Source: an uncultured Muribaculaceae bacterium (GTDB lineage Bacteria; Bacteroidota; Bacteroidia; Bacteroidales; Muribaculaceae). From it: a stretch of 64,000 nucleotides of DNA. This document shows positions 48,584 to 57,874 of the stretch, piece after piece. Where the stretch lies: NCBI GenBank assembly GCA_910578665.1, contig CAJTQU010000007.1, forward strand, positions 26,179 to 90,178. The letters run 5' to 3'. A program made the translations under genes and the position numbers. Each line of letters opens with the position of its first letter. The first letter of the stretch is position 1. Under the pieces are notes generated by a model. The model was given only the letters and a program-made list of their open reading frames with translations. It was not told where the DNA came from and did no database searches.

Positions 48584-49155
48584 ATGGCACAGTTCAATCA
48601 ATATGACTCTCTGATTGACCTCTCGGTGATAAAGGAATTTTGCAGAGAGAATGGCCGCATAGTCTATTATCCCAAAGATGATGTTTTTGTCCATCAGGGA
48701 TGTGTAGCCAAGTATCTCGGAGTTGTAGAATCAGGGTATTTCAAATATACGACACCCACATCATCGGACAATGAAGCTGTCGTAGGGTTCGCTTTCGAGG
48801 GGGAAATTGTAGCTGACTATTATAACTCGTTCAACACATACCATCGGAAATCACGATAAAGGCAGGTAACAATGCCTCAGTATCTCAAATCAGAACCGGA
48901 GAGGCACGAAATATATTCAATTCTTTCTTCGAGGGAAACCTTTCCGCACTCAATGGTACTCTTTTCAGTGAGATTTATTCACGTTATATTGAGCTTTACC
49001 GCAAGACGCCGGCAGAAAGATACCTTGCTCTTATAACAATGTATCCTCAGATTTTAAACATCGTTTCGTTGCGAGATATAGCCTCGTATTTGCTCGTTAC
49101 TCCGGTATATCTAAGCCGAATCCGAAAAAATCTTGTTAAAAATTCCCACGAATAA
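48584..49155 (+). pseudogene. Crp/Fnr-family transcriptional regulator, frameshifted
   Basis: Frame A (ATG 48584) encodes a cNMP-binding-like N-domain, ...YPKDDVFVHQGCVAKYLGVVESGYFKY...GFAFEGEIVADYYNSF, and stops at 48857-48859. Another frame continues IPSEITIKAGNNASVSQIRTGEARNIF...LRDIASYLLVTPVYLSRIRKNLVKNSHE* (HTH) to 49155. A frameshift near 48840 joins them. Confidence 0.6.
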
Positions 49156-49444
49156 AACTTATTTTATCCCGAACAAGTTTTTGCCTGTGGCTTTCTTTTG
49201 CATTATTTGATTCAGAATCCTCTATTTACAGTCTGTGTCAGACGTTGCTATTGGTCTTTTAGTCATTGGAATATCCGGGTACCATTATCATATACTTACA
49301 ACAACTGCAACATTATAATACCGGAATTGCCCGGCAAGCCTGACGCTTAAAAACACCTATAGCAGGAGCTGATGATATTTTTTCGGAGAACATGATGATA
49401 CTTCAGATTTTTTCGTTATCTTTGTGAAATAAATCCGCAACGGT

Positions 49445-50335
49445 ATGATAGAGCGATTTCTGACATATCTGCGATGCGAGGTGAACTATTCGCCCCACAC
49501 GGTGGCTGCCTACCGCAGCGATCTGTTCCAGTTAGCGTCCTGGCTGACAGGAGACAAACCTGAGAACTTCGATGCGGCAAGCGTGACGCATGCCGACATC
49601 CGCTCATGGCTCGGGCACATGGCCCGACAAGGGACCGGCCCACGCTCGCTACGTCGCAAACTGCTGTCTGTAAGATCGTTCTACCGTTTCTTGCGAAAGA
49701 CAGGACTGGCGGCCACAAATCCGGCGTCATCTGTAGAACTGCCCAAAATACCGAAACCCCTCCCCCACTTTGTCAGCGAGAACGATATGGAGCAGATTGT
49801 GGGTCCAGACGCGTTTGACACAGACGATGTGGAAGAATACCGCGACAAGCTCATAATAGACATACTGTATTCTACCGGCATACGCCGTTCAGAACTGTTA
49901 GGGTTGCGTGACTGTGACATTTTGCTTAACTCATACGAGATCAAAGTGAATGGCAAACGCCGCAAACAACGCATCATACCCATACCGGAACAGCTAGCCG
50001 GCCGCATAAAAAAGTATATGGCACTGCGTGACGCGAGCTTCGGCACATGCCATGACGCATTTTTACTGTCACGGCGCGGACTACCGCTGAACAATGCAGC
50101 CCTTTCGCGCATTGTAAAGATAGAACTGGCCGCTACCGGCACAGAGCGCAAGACACCGCATGTGCTCCGCCACAGCTTTGCCACGGCGCTATTACGCGAC
50201 GGCGCAGAAATAAACAGTGTGAAAGAATTGCTGGGGCACTCTTCCCTGTCTACGACACAGATATATACGCACCTCTCCTTTAGCGAGTTACAACATAATT
50301 ACAAACTGGCTCATCCCCGGGCCACAAAAAAATGA
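49445..50335 (+). CDS. tyrosine site-specific recombinase, XerC/XerD family
   Basis: 296 aa with an N-terminal SAM-like domain (FLTYLRCEVNYSPHTVAAYRSDL) and a catalytic C-domain (...HVLRHSFATALL...GHSSLSTTQIYTH). It sits in the rpsU - xer - hpf arrangement common in Bacteroidales (from memory). Confidence 0.8.
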   Translation: MIERFLTYLRCEVNYSPHTVAAYRSDLFQLASWLTGDKPENFDAASVTHADIRSWLGHMARQGTGPRSLRRKLLSVRSFYRFLRKTGLAATNPASSVELPKIPKPLPHFVSENDMEQIVGPDAFDTDDVEEYRDKLIIDILYSTGIRRSELLGLRDCDILLNSYEIKVNGKRRKQRIIPIPEQLAGRIKKYMALRDASFGTCHDAFLLSRRGLPLNNAALSRIVKIELAATGTERKTPHVLRHSFATALLRDGAEINSVKELLGHSSLSTTQIYTHLSFSELQHNYKLAHPRATKK

Positions 50336-50341
50336 AGTATC

Positions 50342-50632
50342 ATGGAAGTAAAAATCAAAGCTATTCATTTTGACATTACAGATAAGCTGGTAGCATTTAT
50401 CAATAAAAAAGTGGACAAACTCGCACGCCGATACGAGGCTATCACAGAGGTAGAAGTCACTCTCAAAGTGGTCAAACCGGAAACATCAATGAACAAGGAG
50501 GCCGCTATCAAACTGATAGTGCCACAGTCAGCCGACCTGTTCGCGTCAAAAGTGGCCGACACTTTTGAAGAAGCCATAGACCTCGGTCTGGAAGCCTTGG
50601 AAAAACCGTTGGAAAAGATCAAGTGCCGCTGA
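50342..50632 (+). CDS. hpf: ribosome hibernation promoting factor / RaiA (short form)
   Basis: 96 aa, MEVKIKAIHFDITDKLVAFINKKVDKLARRYEAITEVEVTLKV... Confidence 0.8.
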   Translation: MEVKIKAIHFDITDKLVAFINKKVDKLARRYEAITEVEVTLKVVKPETSMNKEAAIKLIVPQSADLFASKVADTFEEAIDLGLEALEKPLEKIKCR

Positions 50633-50658
50633 GCCTTGCTCCCGACCAAGAATAAACA

Positions 50659-50689
50659 GTGTAGGGGCGCTGTCACGGCGTCCCTACAC
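50659..50689 (+). terminator. hairpin after hpf
   Basis: GTGTAGGGGCG (50659-50669) pairs with CGTCCCTACAC (50679-50689), with one mismatch. Weak T-tract. Confidence 0.4.
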
Positions 50690-50782
50690 GTCATAATTTT
50701 ACGGCCCGGACATCTTGGCAATAAACGGTAATTCAAAAAACACAGCCGCCTCTAAACCAGCCGTACCAGAACTAACAATCCT

Positions 50783-51205
50783 ATGTCACCACTTGAAAAA
50801 GTAAGGGTAATCGAGTTTCCCAAAATATGCGACCCACGCGGAAACCTGTCATTCATCGAAAGCGCGCGCCACGTACCATTTTCCATCAAGCGAGTGTTTT
50901 ACATATACGATGTTCCCGGAGGCGAGACACGCGGAGGCCACGCTCACAGGGAATGCAGCATCGTGCTTATGGCAGTAGCAGGCTCGTTTGACGTACGCCT
51001 TACCGACGGAAAGGAAGAAATGACCGTACGCCTCAACCGTGCAAACAAAGGTGTGCTGATCCCACCCGGAGTATGGGACACCATGCACGATTTCACCACA
51101 GGCACAGTGGCGCTGGCCATGGCCTCCCACCCGTATGAAGAGGAGGACTACATACGTGACTACGATGAATTTATCGAATGGGCAGGCCTTGGCAAAAATG
51201 ATTAA
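50783..51205 (+). CDS. fdtA: WxcM/FdtA-like cupin, probable dTDP-4-keto-6-deoxyhexose 3,4-ketoisomerase
   Basis: 140 aa, ...[46 protein letters not shown]... Confidence 0.65.
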   Translation: MSPLEKVRVIEFPKICDPRGNLSFIESARHVPFSIKRVFYIYDVPGGETRGGHAHRECSIVLMAVAGSFDVRLTDGKEEMTVRLNRANKGVLIPPGVWDTMHDFTTGTVALAMASHPYEEEDYIRDYDEFIEWAGLGKND

Positions 51206-52304
51206 ATACCCTTTTCTCGACCTAAAGCGCCTGACGGCACCCCTGGCCGCAGAATTAAAGGAAGCATGCGACCGAGTGATAGATTCAGGACGTTATCTGC
51301 ACGGTCCTGAAACAGCATCCCTCGAACACGAGATAGCAGCACTGTGTTCGAGGCGGCACTGTGTAGCCGTGAGTAACGGTCTTGACGCGTTACGTCTCAT
51401 CATCAAGGGATATAAGGCTTTAGGAATTTTGCATGACGGTGACGAAGTGATCGTGGCGGCTAACACCTACATCGCATCGTTGCTCGCCATAACAGATGCC
51501 GGACTAACACCTGTCCCGGTAGAACCTGACATAAGAACTATGAATCTTGATCCGGCAATGATCGGACAAGCTGTCACTAGCAAAACCAGGGCCATAATGG
51601 AAGTACATCTGTACGGCACGCCGGCACGCCATTCAGAAATAGCAAGAGTGGCAAAACTCCACAACCTGCTTATAATCGAAGACAATGCACAGGCTATAGG
51701 CGCAAGCGAGCACGATATGCCCACGGGCGGCATGGGTGACGCGGCTGCTTTCAGCTTCTATCCCACAAAGAATGTAGGGGCACTGGGTGACGCAGGAGCC
51801 GTCACCACCAACGACACGGCGCTGGCAGACACCATACGCGCGTTAGCCAATTACGGCAGCGACAGACGGTATCACAATATTTACAACGGCTATAACTGCC
51901 GTATGGACGAGATACAGGCTGCCATGCTGAGGGTCCGACTGCGCCACATGGGTGAAGACAAGATAAACCGCCAGCTCGCCGCAGCGACTTATGAGCGCTG
52001 TATTTCACATAAAGATATAACCAAACCGGCCATAATCGATGGTACCGACCAGGTCTGGCACCAATACGTAGTCCGGTGCAGCAACCGTGACGCGCTGCAA
52101 AAATATCTGGCCGAAAACGGCGTAGGCACAGACATACATTACGCCACACCGCCGCATATGCAGCCCTGCTATAGCGGCATGAAACACTCTCCGCTACCTC
52201 TCACCGAACGGCTGGCAGCCGAAGTACTCAGCCTGCCCATCGCGCATACCAGCAAGAGAGAGGCTGAAGAAATTTCAGAAATAATAAACAATTTCAGACT
52301 ATGA
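51198..52304 (+). CDS. DegT/DnrJ/EryC1/StrS-family PLP-dependent sugar aminotransferase
   Basis: The ORF-track frame starts at 51135. The family-typical start [23 protein letters not shown] is at ATG 51198, overlapping the fdtA stop by 8 nt. ...[20 protein letters not shown]... contains the PLP lysine. Confidence 0.8.
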   Translation: MIKYPFLDLKRLTAPLAAELKEACDRVIDSGRYLHGPETASLEHEIAALCSRRHCVAVSNGLDALRLIIKGYKALGILHDGDEVIVAANTYIASLLAITDAGLTPVPVEPDIRTMNLDPAMIGQAVTSKTRAIMEVHLYGTPARHSEIARVAKLHNLLIIEDNAQAIGASEHDMPTGGMGDAAAFSFYPTKNVGALGDAGAVTTNDTALADTIRALANYGSDRRYHNIYNGYNCRMDEIQAAMLRVRLRHMGEDKINRQLAAATYERCISHKDITKPAIIDGTDQVWHQYVVRCSNRDALQKYLAENGVGTDIHYATPPHMQPCYSGMKHSPLPLTERLAAEVLSLPIAHTSKREAEEISEIINNFRL

Positions 52305-52642
52305 ACACTGACTGGAAAGAAGCATTGCTGGCACAAAGCCGCGCCATGGGTATCGAGCCGGACGGAACCGAAAATGTCGAAAGCAACGAGGCCGGTGCAG
52401 TCGAAGACATACAGCGCGCACCCCTGCACATAGCAATCGAAAAGAAAGGGCGCGGAGGCAAGACAGCCACAATCATCGAAGGATTTACATGTAGCGAAGA
52501 GAGGCTCAAATCAATTGCCAACGACATGAAAAACGCGCTCGGCACCGGGGGGTCGGCTCGCGGAGGAGAAATATTAATACAGGGCGAACGCCGCGAGGCC
52601 GTCGCGCAATGGCTGCGTTCGCACGGCTACAAAGTAAAATAA
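52301..52642 (+). CDS. SUI1/YciH-family translation initiation factor
   Basis: 113 aa, ...[20 protein letters not shown]...[33 protein letters not shown]. Confidence 0.75.
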   Translation: MNTDWKEALLAQSRAMGIEPDGTENVESNEAGAVEDIQRAPLHIAIEKKGRGGKTATIIEGFTCSEERLKSIANDMKNALGTGGSARGGEILIQGERREAVAQWLRSHGYKVK

Positions 52643-52661
52643 CCATTCCTGTACTGAGACT

Positions 52662-55600
52662 ATGCTGTTACAACGGGCATCGGCAGGTTCGGGTAAAACA
52701 TTCACACTTGCCAAGACATATATACGCCTGTTTATATCAAAACGTGGCGAAGACGGACGTTATGTGTTGCGCAGTCCGGGCGAAATACGGGACGAACACG
52801 CCCATATCTTAGGCGTGACATTTACCAACAAGGCGACCAATGAGATGAAAAGCCGCATAGTGTCAAAACTGGCGGCACTGGCCGCTGAGCATCCGGAAGC
52901 CGGCGAGGAGCCAGAAAACCACAAAACGCCCGATTATCTGAAAAACTTTACCGGCGAAGACCCCGGCTCCACCGATGCTGACGACATCATCTACAATGCG
53001 GCCGGCCGGCCGGCATCACGCCGCCAGATTGCCGAAACATGCCGGGCAGCGCTTAAAGCACTGCTCAACGACTACGGGCACTTCAATATCTCGACCATCG
53101 ACACTTTCTTTCAGGGCATACTGCGCTCACTGGCCTACGAACTGCGTCTGAACGACAATTACCATGTAGAAATCAATGACGACTATCTGGCCCAGGTAGG
53201 CGTGGACGAAACGCTGCTCGACATGAAAAACAGCAGCAGCAGACGTAAAGACGAAAATTTCTACGCTTGCGAGTGGGCCCGCAGAATAGCTATGGAAAGA
53301 CTGGAATATGGCGAAGACTGGAATATGTTTAACAAGTCTGGAGCCGACAGCCCTTTCAACAGCAAGTCGCTATATTCGGAAATGCTCAAATTGGCCAGAA
53401 ACATGTCCAAAGAAAGCTTCAAGCTCGCTCTCGAGGCTACAGGAGACTATTTTAAAAACCCCGGGCGTTTCCGTAATTTCTACGAAGCCACACGTAGTGC
53501 CTCATGCGAAGCTTCAGACAAACGCACCAAGTGCAAAGCCCGCCTTAAAGAGTTTGAAGAGGGCATGGAGCGTCTCCACGGAAAAGCATGGCGCGAGCAG
53601 CTAAGCGCCGGTATGCAGACATCTCTTGAAAAAATCAGGCGTGCCGGTGCGAAAATAAACATCGAGGCAGACGGTATATCAAAAAAACTATACGGCTGCA
53701 GCCGGTATTTCCAAGGAGAATCCGGAAGATCCGACAAACCTTTCAAAAAGAATACTCCTGCCAGCTGTGACAGCGATGCGGCAGCCCTGCTCTCCGCCCT
53801 CGCCGACTCTCTTGCAGAATGGGCAGAAAGCTCCGCATACTGGGACACTGTAATGTCACGCCTGCATTACATGGGAGTAATGCACGACATACGCCGCAAC
53901 ATAGAAAAATTCAGAACTGACAACAATGTGATCCCGCTAAGCGAGACCAACGAGATCCTGCGAGGCATAATAGGCGAGGATGACAATGCTTTCATCTACG
54001 AGCGAATAGGAACACAGCTGCATCACTATCTGCTTGACGAATTCCAGGACACTTCGGTAATGCAGTGGGAAAACCTGCGCCCTCTGCTGCTGGAAAGCGA
54101 GGCTTACGGTTATGACAACCTGATAATCGGAGATTCAAAACAGAGTATCTACCGCTTCCGAAACGCCGAGCCCGAACTCATAAACAGCCATGTCGAGAAC
54201 GAAATACCCGACACCCGCGTCCTGCCCGACTCTCTGCCTAAAGGATCAAGCCAATACGCACGCGTAAATACCAACTGGCGAAGCTCGCGACATACCGTGG
54301 AGTTTAACAACACAGTGTTCAGCGCCATGGCCGCATCACTCCAGACCCAAACGCCTGATTTGGCCAAATTGTATGAAAATGTCATACAGGACCTGGGAAA
54401 TCCCGATATGCCGGGCTTCGTGCGCATCTCATTTCCGACATCAGGCCGTGGAGCCTACAATTGTTTTGCCGGCCTCGGAGCACAGATTGACGAGCTGAGA
54501 AGCCGTGGATACAGGCTGGGCGACATTGCCGTACTTGTAAAAAAAGTAAATGACGGCCGCGAAGCCATTAGCGCCCTTATGAGATACAACGACGAGCACT
54601 CCCATGAAGAGGGATGGCAGCCGATAGAGATAATAAGCGAAGATTCGCTCAAAGTTGGCGAATCTGTAGCCGTAAAAGTAATTCTCGCAGTCATGGGCAT
54701 GATAAGCCGGAGCTACCGCCTACCTGCAACAGAGACTACAGACGAAGAGACACGGGGCAGATCCGCACACCGCAAGATGCGCCGCTACGAAATGTCGCAG
54801 ATGGTGGCCAACTTCCATTACAGCAGAGCCTCGCAGACATCGTCAGACCCGTTTGCAGCCCTGTCTGGCGACATGGCAGCGTTCGTCAATGAACAAGAAC
54901 TCGATAAAATGTTACGAGAGCTTGAGGCATTCACCCTGCCGTCACTTGTCGAAGCCATAGCCGCCCATCTGCTGCATGAAAACATAAGCCGGTCCCAAGC
55001 GCCATATATAGCTGCATTCGAAGATGCCGTGTTGGAATATTGCGAGAGCTATGCGGCAGACATCAATTCGTTCCTCAACTGGTGGGACGAAAACGGCTAC
55101 AAACTCACCATATCAGCCCCCGAAGGGACAGACGCACTGCGCGTCATGACTATCCACAAATCCAAAGGCCTGGAATTCAACGTAGTCATAATTCCAAAAG
55201 CGGATTGGAACATCGGTCCCCAGAAAGAGGAAGAAGATATCCTGTGGGTGTCACACAGTCCGCGCAACCTTCCGCCGGAAGCTCTGGAAGATGTGCCGCC
55301 GCTAATCCCGGTCACACCGAACGGCAGAAACATGTCTGACCCGGCCAGCCCTTTCCACCAGGCGTACCGCGAATATTTCAACAAATGCGTATGTGACGAA
55401 TTTAACGCCACATATGTAGCTTTCACAAGAGCCGTGCGCGAACTGCATGTGTTCGCCCCCCTTGCAAAATCAGCAACAGAGGGCAACAAAGTGGGTCTAT
55501 GCCTGCGCAACGCCATAGCCTGCGCGAACAGCGGACAGCCAGGCTGGACAACCATGCCTGACGGCGGACTGGAATACGGAAATCCCACATACCGACCGGC

Positions 55601-55700
55601 CCGGCCGGAAACAGACACCGGCCGTGACGTGACAGTCATAGACCGTTATTGCACTGGTGACGGTTCGGCACAGATAATCTGCCGCGCCGAAGACAACTGA
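52662..55700 (+). CDS. UvrD/Rep/AddA-family ATP-dependent DNA helicase
   Basis: 1012 aa with Walker A ASAGSGKTF, DEFQDTS (motif II), ...GDSKQSIYRFRNA... and ...VMTIHKSKGLEF... ...YVAFTRA.... Confidence 0.75.
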   Translation: MLLQRASAGSGKTFTLAKTYIRLFISKRGEDGRYVLRSPGEIRDEHAHILGVTFTNKATNEMKSRIVSKLAALAAEHPEAGEEPENHKTPDYLKNFTGEDPGSTDADDIIYNAAGRPASRRQIAETCRAALKALLNDYGHFNISTIDTFFQGILRSLAYELRLNDNYHVEINDDYLAQVGVDETLLDMKNSSSRRKDENFYACEWARRIAMERLEYGEDWNMFNKSGADSPFNSKSLYSEMLKLARNMSKESFKLALEATGDYFKNPGRFRNFYEATRSASCEASDKRTKCKARLKEFEEGMERLHGKAWREQLSAGMQTSLEKIRRAGAKINIEADGISKKLYGCSRYFQGESGRSDKPFKKNTPASCDSDAAALLSALADSLAEWAESSAYWDTVMSRLHYMGVMHDIRRNIEKFRTDNNVIPLSETNEILRGIIGEDDNAFIYERIGTQLHHYLLDEFQDTSVMQWENLRPLLLESEAYGYDNLIIGDSKQSIYRFRNAEPELINSHVENEIPDTRVLPDSLPKGSSQYARVNTNWRSSRHTVEFNNTVFSAMAASLQTQTPDLAKLYENVIQDLGNPDMPGFVRISFPTSGRGAYNCFAGLGAQIDELRSRGYRLGDIAVLVKKVNDGREAISALMRYNDEHSHEEGWQPIEIISEDSLKVGESVAVKVILAVMGMISRSYRLPATETTDEETRGRSAHRKMRRYEMSQMVANFHYSRASQTSSDPFAALSGDMAAFVNEQELDKMLRELEAFTLPSLVEAIAAHLLHENISRSQAPYIAAFEDAVLEYCESYAADINSFLNWWDENGYKLTISAPEGTDALRVMTIHKSKGLEFNVVIIPKADWNIGPQKEEEDILWVSHSPRNLPPEALEDVPPLIPVTPNGRNMSDPASPFHQAYREYFNKCVCDEFNATYVAFTRAVRELHVFAPLAKSATEGNKVGLCLRNAIACANSGQPGWTTMPDGGLEYGNPTYRPARPETDTGRDVTVIDRYCTGDGSAQIICRAEDN

Positions 55701-55770
55701 CAGGCACATCATGTGCATGTTTTTTTTACTAACTTTGCATGTCGAACAACCCGAACGACCTTAAACCATC

Positions 55771-56658
55771 ATGAGTGTAAATCCCCCCGTGACGCTGCGT
55801 GAAATAGCCAGGTATCTGGATACCAATCTGTCATGCGATGTGCTGGCCATAGACAATTTCAGTCCCGACCCGGAACTGGAGGTATACCCCGTGCGCATTG
55901 ACGCCCTTATCATCATGCTGTGCACATCAGGAAATGGATGCGTGCACATAGACCTGAACAAATATGACCTGAAAAAGGGTTCTCTGCTGGTAGTGCATCC
56001 GGAAAACTACATACAGGGAGTGACGCACGATGATGATTTCGGGTCGCAAGCAGTGATCTGTTCTCCACGCGTTGTCGAGCACATCCTGCCCAAACTGACC
56101 TCTATGCTGCCCATCATAATGCAGCACCGCATGGCTCCGGTGACAGACCTCACTCCCGAAGAAGCCGCAGCCATTTCGTCATTCTACACTTTTGTAAAAT
56201 TGAAATTAGACGGACCTCCAACCACTTACCAGAGGCATAAGGTACTATGCATGCTCCAGGCTGCCCTGTATGAAATGATGGATGTCCGCATGTCACATTT
56301 CGAGCTGCAGGAGCAAAAGCAGTCGCGCAAAGAAGAAATAATGGCACGCTTCATACTGTCCATATGCAAGCACTTCAGGACAGAGCGCCAAGTAGGATTC
56401 TACGCAAAACAATTGTGCATCACACCCAAACATCTCAGTTCGGTTGTGAAAGAGGCCAGCGGCCGGACAGCCGGCGAATGGATAGACCACTACGTGGTAA
56501 TGGAGGCCAAGATGCTGCTAGGCAGCACCGACCTCACAGTGCAGGAAATAAGTTCTAAACTGAACTTTGCCAACCAGAGTTTCTTTGGCAAATACTTCAA
56601 GCACAACACAGGATTGTCCCCCACTGAGTTCAGACACAAACAATTGCATAATAAGTAA
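55771..56658 (+). CDS. AraC-family transcriptional regulator
   Basis: 295 aa with a C-terminal double HTH (...FYAKQLCITPKHLSSVVKEASGRTAGEWIDHYVVMEAKMLLGSTDLTVQEISSKLNFANQSFFGKYFKHNTGLSPTEFR). Confidence 0.8.
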   Translation: MSVNPPVTLREIARYLDTNLSCDVLAIDNFSPDPELEVYPVRIDALIIMLCTSGNGCVHIDLNKYDLKKGSLLVVHPENYIQGVTHDDDFGSQAVICSPRVVEHILPKLTSMLPIIMQHRMAPVTDLTPEEAAAISSFYTFVKLKLDGPPTTYQRHKVLCMLQAALYEMMDVRMSHFELQEQKQSRKEEIMARFILSICKHFRTERQVGFYAKQLCITPKHLSSVVKEASGRTAGEWIDHYVVMEAKMLLGSTDLTVQEISSKLNFANQSFFGKYFKHNTGLSPTEFRHKQLHNK

Positions 56659-56671
56659 AAAATAAATCTTT

Positions 56672-57868
56672 ATGACTTACATTAGAAAGACGGTGTATGT
56701 AGTGATAGCGGTACTGTCCGCCATATCGGCAGCCTGCTCCCACGACCACAACCATGAACACGACCATGACCATGAGCACGAAGGACATGACCATGCGGCA
56801 GAAACAGGCGAAAAAGGTCATGACGAAGATTCTCATAAAGGCATCGTGGTATTTACTGCCGCACAGGCAAAGGCAGGCGGTGTAGAAGTGAAAGAGATAC
56901 AGCCTGGCAGTTTCTCGGGAGTAATCCGAACTGCCGGAGAAATTATGGCCGCCCAGGGTGACGAACGCAGCGTGCCGGCCACGGTGGCCGGCATAGTCAG
57001 CTACGCCGCAGGCACTCTCACACCCGGAGCACCGGTAGGTGCCGGACAAGCTTTGTTCCGCGTCTCGGCCAAAGGAATTTCAACAACTGACAACACTGCG
57101 GCACTCAGAGCCACACTTAGCAGTGCCGAGGCCCGTCTAAAACGTGCGGAAACCCTTCTGGCAGACAAACTGATAACACAGACTGAATATGATCTGATAT
57201 TTGGCGAGGTGGCGGCAGCCCGCGGCGCCCTCTCTACCCCGGCCACATCGGCTGTATCGGGAGCGACAGCCACATCTCCCATTTCCGGCTATCTTACCGA
57301 ATGTCTCGTACGTCCCGGCGATTATGTGGAAGTGGGCACTCCGCTGGCACTCGTAAGCACCAACCGCAAGCTACAACTGCGTGCCGACGTACCGCAAAGA
57401 TATAATGGCGAGCTTAAGCAGATAAGGGGCGCAAACATTGTGATTCCCTCTGACAAAGACCGCACCCTGGCTCTTGGCAAATATGATGCAAAGGTAGTGA
57501 GCTACGGCCGCAGCGGCACAAGCACCAACAGCCTTTACATGCCCGTGATAATAGAATTTAACAATCCCGGCGGCCTCACAAGCGGCACCCCCGTGCAAGC
57601 CTACCTGCTAACAGAGGGACGCAGCGGTGTGATCAGCGTGCCGCGCACGGCGCTGACCGAGGAAGAGGGTGTATATTTCGTGTATATAGAGGTGAGTCCC
57701 GAACACTTCCGCAAGCAACGCGTGGAAACAGGACTCAGCGACGGAGTCAGCACCGAGATCGTAGAAGGGCTTAAAGGAGGCGAACGCATCGTTGTCAAGG
57801 GCGCCACACTGCTCAAACTGGCTGCAAACTCAGGCAAAGCTCCGCAGGGCCATACACATAACCACTGA
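56672..57868 (+). CDS. RND efflux periplasmic adaptor (CzcB/CusB-like), His-rich
   Basis: 398 aa. A signal/lipobox-like ...SAISAACS is followed by HDHNHEHDHDHEHEGHDHAAETGEKGHDEDSHKG. Membrane-fusion-protein body. The C-terminal tail is ...APQGHTHNH. Confidence 0.75.
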   Translation: MTYIRKTVYVVIAVLSAISAACSHDHNHEHDHDHEHEGHDHAAETGEKGHDEDSHKGIVVFTAAQAKAGGVEVKEIQPGSFSGVIRTAGEIMAAQGDERSVPATVAGIVSYAAGTLTPGAPVGAGQALFRVSAKGISTTDNTAALRATLSSAEARLKRAETLLADKLITQTEYDLIFGEVAAARGALSTPATSAVSGATATSPISGYLTECLVRPGDYVEVGTPLALVSTNRKLQLRADVPQRYNGELKQIRGANIVIPSDKDRTLALGKYDAKVVSYGRSGTSTNSLYMPVIIEFNNPGGLTSGTPVQAYLLTEGRSGVISVPRTALTEEEGVYFVYIEVSPEHFRKQRVETGLSDGVSTEIVEGLKGGERIVVKGATLLKLAANSGKAPQGHTHNH

Positions 57869-57874
57869 TAAGCC

